Below are positions 25,289 through 31,528 of a DNA stretch of 32,000 nucleotides, piece after piece. The stretch is from NCBI GenBank assembly GCA_025757985.1, contig CP107210.1:1476774-1508773 (forward strand), read 5' to 3'. This DNA comes from Oscillospiraceae bacterium. GTDB lineage: Bacteria; Bacillota; Clostridia; Oscillospirales; Ruminococcaceae. The notes below the pieces were generated by a model that was not told where the DNA came from, searched no databases, and worked only from the letters and a program-made list of their open reading frames with translations. Every line of letters starts with the position of its first letter. Position 1 is the first letter of the stretch. Made by a program: the position numbers and the translations under genes.

Positions 25289-26353
25289 ATGACATTTTAT
25301 CAGGAGTTGCAGTTAAATCAGGCAGGTTCTAAAAACCTGTTGAAAAAGAGTGAAACACTAAAAGAAAAATTATATCATATGTGGGTATATCTGGTGAAGA
25401 TAGCTGCTACAATGGCATTTTGTTTTTTCTTTGTTAGTATTTTCAGCATCCTATTTGGAAATGAGAACAGCATTGTAGGTGTAGTAGTCTTATTATGTCT
25501 CATGGTGTTTAGGAATGCGGATCTGGGGATCCACACCGGACAATCTACGATGCTTTTGGCTTTGTTCTTTGTAATTATGACTGTATGTCCGCATTTAGCA
25601 AATCAGTTTTCACCGGTATTGGGAATGCTGTTAAATATTGCGGCACTGGCTGTGTTGATTCTGTTCGGATGCCATAATCCATCCATGTTTAATCAATCTA
25701 CATTGGTTCTTGGGTATCTGCTGCTATATGGTTATGATGTTACGGGAAAAAGCTATCAGATGCGATTAGTCGGAATGGCTTTAGGTGCAGCACTTACCTG
25801 CTTCGTATTTTATCGAAATCATAAAAACAGAACTTATAAAAAAAATCTGAAAGATCTGATACAAGAATTTGATATCACTTCTTCCAGAACAAAATGGCAG
25901 ATATGTCAGATTTTATGCGTACCGATTGTCCTTTGCATTGCAGAACTTTGTAATATGCCACGTGCAATGTGGGCTGGTATTGCGGCCATGTCCGTGATTT
26001 TGCCGTCTATGGAAGATATGCACTACAGAGTCCATAAAAGGATTGTCGGAAATATTGCAGGTGTTATATGTTTTACAGTATTATATTTTCTGCTTCCTTC
26101 GTCAATCTATGCATATATAGGAATTCTTGGTGGAATCGGTGTAGGATTTTCAGCACAATATGGCTGGCAGGCAGTATTTAACACATTTGGTGCTTTAGCC
26201 ATTGCTGCAGAGACATATGGACTACAAGGAGCGGTTAGTCTTAGAGTGAGTCAAAATGTTTTTGGTGTTGTGTTTGCTTTAGCATTTTGTGTTATATTTT
26301 ATTGGTTTATGCCTAAAAAAAAGGAAAGTGAGGTAACCGTACATGCAGAGTGA
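25289..26353 (+). CDS. Polytopic membrane protein, FUSC/aromatic-acid-exporter-like
   Basis: The 354-aa ORF has multiple hydrophobic helices in two blocks separated by a basic loop (YRNHKNRTYKKNLKDL). The family assignment is from general resemblance only. Confidence 0.45.
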   Translation: MTFYQELQLNQAGSKNLLKKSETLKEKLYHMWVYLVKIAATMAFCFFFVSIFSILFGNENSIVGVVVLLCLMVFRNADLGIHTGQSTMLLALFFVIMTVCPHLANQFSPVLGMLLNIAALAVLILFGCHNPSMFNQSTLVLGYLLLYGYDVTGKSYQMRLVGMALGAALTCFVFYRNHKNRTYKKNLKDLIQEFDITSSRTKWQICQILCVPIVLCIAELCNMPRAMWAGIAAMSVILPSMEDMHYRVHKRIVGNIAGVICFTVLYFLLPSSIYAYIGILGGIGVGFSAQYGWQAVFNTFGALAIAAETYGLQGAVSLRVSQNVFGVVFALAFCVIFYWFMPKKKESEVTVHAE

Positions 26354-26914
26354 AGTGAATCAGGAAGAAAATTTGAATAGAATTATTACGGTTCCTAATC
26401 TTCTTTCTTTTTTCGGCTTTGTCTGATTCCGGTAATTATATGGAGTTATTGTGTAAAGAAAAATCCTCTGTTAGCTGGTGAAATCTTATTGCTGTCTGGT
26501 CTTACGGATCTTGCTGATGGATATATCGCAAGAAGATTCCATAGGATTAGTAATTTAGGAAAAATACTTGATCCGGTGGCTGATAAGCTGACACAGGCAG
26601 CGATGTTAATCTGTCTGTTTACTCGTTTTCCGCATGTGCTTCTTTTAATCGTAATAATGGCAGGTAAGGAGCTGTATATGGTAGTCAGTGGATGTCTTGT
26701 GATACAAAAGACAGGAAAAGTACATGGTGCAGACTGGCATGGAAAGATAGTAACCTTTTTATTATATGGAACTGCAGCGGTGCATATTATATGGTTCCAC
26801 ATTACACCGATGGTATCAGATCTGTTGATTGGTTTGTGCGCTATAATGATGGTCATATCGGTCGCTCTGTATATTATACAGAATACCAGGACTATTAAAG
26901 GAGAGACTGTATAA
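26343..26914 (+). pseudogene. CDP-alcohol phosphatidyltransferase (PgsA-like) interrupted by a 1-nt frame break in a T6 run
   Basis: The ATG at 26343 gives MQSEVNQEENLNRIITVPNLLSFF, then a stop at 26424-26426. The next frame continues RLCLIPVIIW...LSGLTDLADGYIARRF...GKILDPVADKL, which is the D-G-x2-A-R...G-x3-D-x3-D signature. A T7 instead of T6 at 26408-26413 restores one ORF of about 190 aa. Confidence 0.75.
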
Positions 26915-27093
26915 GCAATTTTATATTGCAATGACTAGAAAAATATTTAGGAGAAGATAGATATAAACAGTAAGTCAAACACACAAACTAATCCGAGGGC
27001 GGCTATATTGTCAGCTTTCCGGATACAGAAAACACGCAGGCGCTTATCAATGTTAGCGGCGGGCGAAAATCGCCTTTATTCATAAAAGACAAA

Positions 27094-27133
27094 GTTGCTG
27101 GAGAATTTTTTCTCCAGCAACTTTCTTTATCTT
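27094..27133 (+). terminator. Stem-loop terminator at the cargo/backbone junction
   Basis: GTTGCTGGAGA (27094-27104) pairs with TCTCCAGCAAC (27111-27121), followed by TTTCTTTATCTTT. Confidence 0.55.
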
Positions 27134-27289
27134 TAAGCCATTGAAATACAATACTGTCCAAACAGCTTCATCCAACTATTATATTTCAATCACAAAGATG
27201 CGCAGCTTCGAATACTTTTAACTTTTTTAGAAGAAATTTGAAAAATTCTGCGAAAATTTCCGGGAACGTGTTCTCTTATACTATAGGAG

Positions 27290-27533
27290 GGTTAAAAGCC
27301 TCCGAAAAAGAGAATAGCGTCCTCTGTTTGTACCGCATTGGGGAAGCAGCGCCATGACCGGGAATCTGCGAGCGTGCCAAGATGCGAGAGAACATACTGC
27401 ACTGGCCGTAAGGCCATTGTAGGGCACAGCGCCGGGAAAGGTTGCCTGTCTGGAATTGCAGAGGGAGAAAAACGCACAGCTATAACGACAGATCGTGCCG
27501 TGGAAAGATTGCTTCTCTTTCCACGGTATTTTT
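27290..27533 (+). ncRNA. Candidate structured leader or regulatory RNA ending in an intrinsic terminator, upstream of the xis-like gene
   Basis: The segment is GC-rich and non-coding in appearance. It contains a GNRA hairpin GGCC-GUAA-GGCC (27404-27415). CGTGCC occurs twice (27373-27378 and 27494-27499) and both copies are complementary to GGCAC (27423-27427). The terminator pairs CCGTGGAAAG (27498-27507) with CTTTCCACGG (27517-27526) and is followed by TATTTTT. Confidence 0.35.
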
Positions 27534-27587
27534 GTATCGTTATAGAATGACGTTTACCCAAATTTCAAACAGACAGAGGTGTTTTAT

Positions 27588-27797
27588 ATGGGATATTCGC
27601 GTAAAGACGTTGAGAAATCAAAGATGAATGCTAAGAAGTTTGTCCGGTATCAAGAAGGAGCTGAAAAATACAGTCTTGGCCTGACAAAGTTTCAAGAACT
27701 CGCCAAGGAAGCTAAAGCTGTTTACAAAATTGACAAGGTTGCTTTGGTAAACTGTGAGATTTTTGAACGCTATCTAGAATCCTTTCATATTCTGTAA
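27588..27797 (+). CDS. Small excisionase-like / DNA-binding protein of the ICE recombination module
   Basis: The roughly 69-aa ORF (KKFVRYQEGAEKYSLGLTKFQELAKEAKAVYKI) sits upstream of the integrase. The ATG at 27588 follows AGAGGTG. The function is inferred from position and size. Confidence 0.55.
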   Translation: MGYSRKDVEKSKMNAKKFVRYQEGAEKYSLGLTKFQELAKEAKAVYKIDKVALVNCEIFERYLESFHIL

Positions 27798-27847
27798 TCA
27801 AAGCCATAAATTGTACATTGCTAAATTCGGAAGGGCAAATTCTGAAC

Positions 27848-27876
27848 TTGACTTTCTGCTTCACAATAAGTATACT
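27848..27876 (+). promoter_or_regulatory. Sigma-A-type promoter candidate for the RHH-integrase genes
   Basis: TTGACT (27848-27853), a 17-nt spacer, then TATACT (27871-27876). Confidence 0.5.
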
Positions 27877-27902
27877 GTTGATGTGGAGGGATGAGAACTG
27901 CT

Positions 27903-28073
27903 ATGGCAAAGATGGGACGACCAAAATCCGATAATGCAAAAAAGAAATCCGTAAATGTTCGGGTGGAGGATGCCCTATACGAGCGTATCCGTTCTTATGC
28001 TGCACAACATCAAATGAGTATGACAGAAGTTGTTTTGCTGGGGCTGAATATGATTTTATCAGATCCAGAATAA
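27903..28073 (+). CDS. Ribbon-helix-helix (CopG/Arc-like) small DNA-binding protein
   Basis: KKSVNVRVEDALYERIRSYAAQHQMSMTEVVLLGL fits a beta-strand then helix-helix pattern. The start is ambiguous among ATGs at 27891, 27903 and 27912. Confidence 0.55.
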   Translation: MAKMGRPKSDNAKKKSVNVRVEDALYERIRSYAAQHQMSMTEVVLLGLNMILSDPE

Positions 28074-28110
28074 GTATCATGCCCTTCTTCTTTCGAGAAG
28101 GAGAATTGAT

Positions 28111-29346
28111 ATGGCAACGACAAGAAAAGACTTGCGGGGACGTACCCTGCGCAAAGGCGAGATGCAGCGCAGCTCCGATAAACGGTATGCGTATTCCTAT
28201 AAAGATCCGCTGGGGCGGCGCAAATACATCTACGCAAATGACCTTGTAACCCTTCGGGAAAAGGAAACTCAACTCACTAAAGATCAGTTAGATGGTTTGG
28301 ACATTTACGTTGCAGGCAAGGCAACGGTCAACTTTGTTTTTGACCGCTATATGAGTCTGAAAACGAATCTGCGCCAGACTACCCGGAGCAACTACCTTTA
28401 TATGTATGATCGCTTTGTCCGTGACACGTTTGGTAAGAAGAAAATTGCCGTGATTCGGTATTCGGACGTATTACAGTTTTATAATTATTTACTGGACAAG
28501 CAAGACTTGCAGGTGAATACATTGGAGAGCGTTCATACACTTCTTCATCCCACTTTTCAGTTGGCGGTTCGAGACGAAATTATTCGCAAGAACCCCACCG
28601 ATGGTGTGCTGACAGAGATAAAGAAAAGCTCCGAACAGACCACCGGTGTACGCCATGCTCTGACGATTCCACAGCAGCGGGCGTTCATGGAGCATATTGC
28701 CAATCACCCGGTCTACTGCCACTGGTGGCCGCTGTTTACGGTGCTGCTGGGAACGGGCTGTCGCATCGGTGAAGCATTGGGCTTGCGCTGGGATGATCTG
28801 GACTATGAGCGGCGTACTATCAACATCAATCATAGCCTAGTTTATTACCCGGTGGGCGAGAACCGCAGTTCTATTCAGCATATCTCAAAGCCTAAAACGG
28901 ATGCTGGCATTCGGACAATTCCGATGCTTGATGCCGTGAAAGATGCCTTTGAAATGCTGCGGGAAGAGCAGAAAGAGTCTGGCTGGAACGATGTTGAAAT
29001 TGACGGAATGACAGGATTTGTCTTTTGTAGCCGTTTCGGCAATGTTCCCAATCCGCAATCTGTAAATCGTGCTATCAAGCGAATCATTGCAGATTACAAT
29101 GAGAGCGAAGAAGTGGCATCAAAGAAACAGCACCGTAATGCGGTTTTGCTTCCAGACTTTTCTGCACACAATTTGCGTCACACATTCTGTACAAGGCTTT
29201 GCGAAAAAGAGACCAACCTGAAGGTTATCCAATCGGTTATGGGGCATAAAGACATCCAGACTACGATGGACATTTATGCCGAAGCAACCGAACAGAAAAA
29301 ACAAGAATCGTTCGAACGATTGGCTGCAACACTGGATGTTTTTTAA
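28111..29346 (+). CDS. int: Tyrosine site-specific recombinase (integrase)
   Basis: The catalytic signature is TGCRIGEALGLRWDDL (Arg I), HNLRHTFCT (H-x-x-R) and GHKDIQTTMDIYAE (His and the Tyr nucleophile). There is an N-terminal SAM-like domain and a GAAGGAG RBS. Confidence 0.9.
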   Translation: MATTRKDLRGRTLRKGEMQRSSDKRYAYSYKDPLGRRKYIYANDLVTLREKETQLTKDQLDGLDIYVAGKATVNFVFDRYMSLKTNLRQTTRSNYLYMYDRFVRDTFGKKKIAVIRYSDVLQFYNYLLDKQDLQVNTLESVHTLLHPTFQLAVRDEIIRKNPTDGVLTEIKKSSEQTTGVRHALTIPQQRAFMEHIANHPVYCHWWPLFTVLLGTGCRIGEALGLRWDDLDYERRTININHSLVYYPVGENRSSIQHISKPKTDAGIRTIPMLDAVKDAFEMLREEQKESGWNDVEIDGMTGFVFCSRFGNVPNPQSVNRAIKRIIADYNESEEVASKKQHRNAVLLPDFSAHNLRHTFCTRLCEKETNLKVIQSVMGHKDIQTTMDIYAEATEQKKQESFERLAATLDVF

Positions 29347-29381
29347 TCAGCGAAGAAGTGCTCTTACTGAGTATTTCTTCT

Positions 29382-29660
29382 GACAGCAAAAATTCTCCAA
29401 GGACAGCAAATTGACATCAAATACGCGAGAGTAATGGTGAATCACGAAGGATCACGAATATTTGGAAATCACACAAAACCGTGATAGTAAAGCATCACGA
29501 AGCGTTGTGAAGTGATTCTAAATATAATCCCCACGATGAAGCCTATCGACTAAGAAAACCACAATATATAGTGTGTCGTGAACTTTCTAAATACTATATA
29601 TTGGCAGCGTGGCTTGTTGTACTTGCATTTTGACATCAATTTGACCACAAAATCGTGTAA
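29382..29660. repeat. Cluster of short direct and inverted repeats, candidate arm-type recombinase/Xis binding sites of the att region
   Basis: ATCACGAA occurs at 29441-29448, 29451-29458 and 29494-29501. ATCAC/GTGAT forms an inverted pair at 29468-29472 and 29481-29485, with degenerate or inverted copies near 29512-29518 and 29575-29581. GACAGCAAA occurs at 29382-29390 and 29402-29410. TTGACATCAA occurs at 29411-29420 and 29630-29639. Confidence 0.55.
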
Positions 29661-29726
29661 GATGACGGCGCGTGACAACGCGTAGCTACGTTTCGGTGAG
29701 GAGCATTAGATTTAGATATAACCGTA

Positions 29727-29764
29727 AGAGCACTTCTTGGAATACCAAGAGGTGCTCTTTTTTT
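29727..29764 (+). terminator. Strong stem-loop plus T-run at the presumed element end
   Basis: A 14-bp stem pairs AGAGCACTTCTTGG (29727-29740) with CCAAGAGGTGCTCT (29745-29758), including one G-U pair, around the loop AATA. TTTTTT follows at 29759-29764. Confidence 0.65.
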
Positions 29765-29951
29765 ATTTCCTGTGCGCAACTTCTGTTAATCAGTCAGTCA
29801 ACTTAAATCGTTTGGAGGAAAACGGTATGAATACTGATTACAAGCCTATACCCGATTTATCTACGACACCGCCATACCGTATTTCGAGCAGCGCGGTATT
29901 CCTACAAGGATTCTTCGTTCCGAAAAGACCTACCAATCCTGCTTTTTCCAT

Positions 29952-30809
29952 GTGGTCAGCCGAGGTGATTCAAAGGGAAAGCTGTCCTCGTTCCCGCTGG
30001 TGGGCCGGTGCAGCATCCAGCGAGATTGCAAGCTGCCGCCCATCAAGGAATACCAGAAGTTCTTGCCACCTGACACCGTGCAATACTTGGAGATAGCTTA
30101 CGATGAGCCGATCCGATTGGCACGGCTCAAGCCCGGACAGGTATCCCTTATGCAAAAATACAAGGTGACGGAGTCGGATGCGTGGAATATGTGCAGAGCA
30201 GAGGGTTTGCTTTCGCCTCTGTACCAATACAGCCACCGTGGCGGGTGCTGGTTTTGTCCCAATGCGTCTATGTCAGAGCTGCGGCACCTGTACCACGCAC
30301 ACCCAGACTTGTGGCAGCTGATGATGGAATTGCAAAGCACGCCCAACAAGGCAACCGAAAAATTCAACCGCAGCTATACCTTATGGCAGTTGGATGAGAA
30401 GTTCTCGCTGGAGGGCGAGCAGCTTAGTTTATTTGATTCGAGGGATGACTATTTAAATCCTGCTCCATTTACTGAAACGTTTGGCCCTTTACAGACAACA
30501 GAAGTTGTTGTAACAGATGAACGTGTCTTACACATTAAACAACGGCATCCAGAAGATTACTTGCTTTTTGAACAGTACGGGCGGGACACGGTTTTATCGC
30601 CAGATATTTTGATTCAGGATGTAAAGAATGTTGGTACTGTTTTTGCAGTAAAAAGACTACCTGAAACAAATCTCAATGTTGTACTGCGCTTAGTTTTAGA
30701 TACCGACAATCCAAATTTCAAAAACTCAGTTATGACATTTTATCGAATTCGTGAAAAAAATCTTAAAAAACTTATGGACAAGAATCCGGTTCTTTACATT
30801 AAAGAATAA
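29952..30809 (+). CDS. Composite ORF: the C-terminal part of a PAPS-reductase-like protein, lacking the N-terminal PP-loop, fused in frame to a low-GC domain of about 125 aa resembling small phage/ICE PBECR-type nuclease-fold proteins
   Basis: YSHRGGCWFCPNAS is typical of phage/ICE PAPS-reductase-family proteins. No SGGKDS-type PP-loop is present. The frame is open back to the stop at 29835-29837. The C-terminal part (VVVTDERVLHIKQRHPEDY...KNSVMTFYRIREKNLKKL) begins where GC drops, near 30430. Confidence 0.45.
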   Translation: MVSRGDSKGKLSSFPLVGRCSIQRDCKLPPIKEYQKFLPPDTVQYLEIAYDEPIRLARLKPGQVSLMQKYKVTESDAWNMCRAEGLLSPLYQYSHRGGCWFCPNASMSELRHLYHAHPDLWQLMMELQSTPNKATEKFNRSYTLWQLDEKFSLEGEQLSLFDSRDDYLNPAPFTETFGPLQTTEVVVTDERVLHIKQRHPEDYLLFEQYGRDTVLSPDILIQDVKNVGTVFAVKRLPETNLNVVLRLVLDTDNPNFKNSVMTFYRIREKNLKKLMDKNPVLYIKE

Positions 30810-30924
30810 TTCTGTTATAATAAGCATAGGATAAGGTTGCATTTGAAGTAGAGAATGTGCTGCTACACGCCCACTGGGCCAAAAGAAATGCGGGAAAGGG
30901 CACACCCGCCAAATGCCAATCGAT

Positions 30925-30950
30925 GGGGAACGGTTCAGATGCCGTTCCCC
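30925..30950 (+). terminator. Stem-loop downstream of the composite ORF
   Basis: GGGGAACGG (30925-30933) pairs with CCGTTCCCC (30942-30950). Only a weak T-rich tail follows. Confidence 0.4.
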
Positions 30951-30974
30951 GTTCCTGTTTTATAGCCCTATTTC

Positions 30975-31006
30975 GCCACGATGCACCTTTGCACCGTGGC
31001 TTTTTT
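30975..31006 (+). terminator. Rho-independent terminator
   Basis: GCCACGATGCA pairs with TGCACCGTGGC (30975-31000, one mismatch), followed by TTTTTT (31001-31006). Confidence 0.65.
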
Positions 31007-31042
31007 GTACCTATTTTTCAAAACACAAAGGAGTTTATCAAA

Positions 31043-31249
31043 ATGGAAATGGTAAATACGATTACGTCCCTGATTTCTAATGTCGTGACTTTTGCCGGTG
31101 GTTTGCTGCTGTTGTTCGGCGCGGTCACGCTCGGCACCAACCTCAAAGACCACAACGGCCCCGGCATCAGCAGCGGCGCGTGGGCTATGGCGGGCGGCGT
31201 GCTGATTATCGCGGTTGCCGCCTACTTCGGCACCCTGACGGTCGTGTAA
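31043..31249 (+). CDS. Maff2-family small membrane protein (conjugative-element associated)
   Basis: The 68-aa two-TM protein reads MEMVNTITSLISNVVTFAGGLLLLFGAV...AMAGGVLIIAVAAYFG. An AAAGGAG RBS lies at 31027-31033. The longer ORF-track start at 30857 spans two terminators. Confidence 0.7.
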   Translation: MEMVNTITSLISNVVTFAGGLLLLFGAVTLGTNLKDHNGPGISSGAWAMAGGVLIIAVAAYFGTLTVV

Positions 31250-31477
31250 GGAGGGCTGCGCTATTTTTGAATACATACAGCGCTCAGCCTGCCGATGCCG
31301 CGTTTCTGCCTTCGTCGGGTGTTTTTGCGTATCTGCCTTTTGACAAGCTCGACCCGTCTTGCGGTATCATACATATCGGGGAAGCCTCCTTTCCGGTATT
31401 GCCTAAGCGTGAAAAGTTCTTTCACCTATATAGGTACAAAAATTCGGGAAAACTCTCACCCAAAATGCAAAAATTTA

Positions 31478-31510
31478 CAAAAAAATTAAGAGCCGCCCAA
31501 AGGCGGCTCC
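31478..31510 (-). terminator. Terminator for the minus-strand PrsW-like gene
   Basis: GAGCCGCC (31490-31497) pairs with GGCGGCTC (31502-31509). On the minus strand it is followed by a T-run, the complement of AAAAAA at 31480-31485. Confidence 0.6.
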
Positions 31511-31528
31511 TAAGAAGCGGATATTCGG

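Larger units (their letters stand above)
1..29764. mobile_element. Integrase-proximal part of an integrative (likely conjugative) element. Order: sigma-like regulator and small ORF, cargo, xis-like, RHH, tyrosine integrase, repeat-rich att-like end. The left end lies outside the window.
   Basis: The gene order matches the Tn916-family regulatory and recombination end (orf7/orf8-like, xis, int). The cargo between them differs sharply in composition. Arm-type-like repeats and a strong hairpin lie downstream of int. The right boundary is an estimate. Confidence 0.5.

Noticed and set aside
26991-27093. A GC-richer stretch translating to SEGGYIVSFPDTENTQALINVSGGRKSPLF, considered as the 3' remnant of a deleted gene at the cargo/backbone junction.
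   Set aside because: It is too short, the frame runs through the terminator hairpin, and I recognised no motif. It cannot be supported without a database search.
27292-27561. Overlapping ORFs of 89 aa (minus strand), 70 aa and 61 aa (plus strand) in the gap between pgsA and xis.
   Set aside because: They mutually overlap on both strands, have no RBS, and give Arg/Ser/Pro-rich products. The region is better explained as structured RNA ending in a terminator.
29306-29321. A perfect 16-bp palindrome, AATCGTTCGAACGATT, inside the 3' end of the integrase gene.
   Set aside because: Roughly 0.5 such palindromes are expected by chance in 32 kb. It lies within coding sequence (ESFERL) and only loosely resembles the ATCACGAA repeats.
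29347-29830. A search for a tRNA or tmRNA gene as the integration target next to the integrase.
   Set aside because: I saw no cloverleaf-compatible arms and no GTTCRANYC T-loop. The region is dominated by short repeats instead.
29737-30096. A 119-aa ORF overlapping the start of the PAPS-reductase-like frame.
   Set aside because: Beyond the first 11 or so codons after the ATG at 29827, the product is low-complexity and overlaps the motif-bearing frame. It is retained only as evidence for a possible frameshift.
30857-31042. The N-terminal extension of the Maff2 ORF in the ORF track (130 aa starting at 30857).
   Set aside because: The extension runs through two terminator hairpins and has no RBS. 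The ATG at 31043 has an AAAGGAG RBS and gives the expected two-TM protein of about 68 aa.
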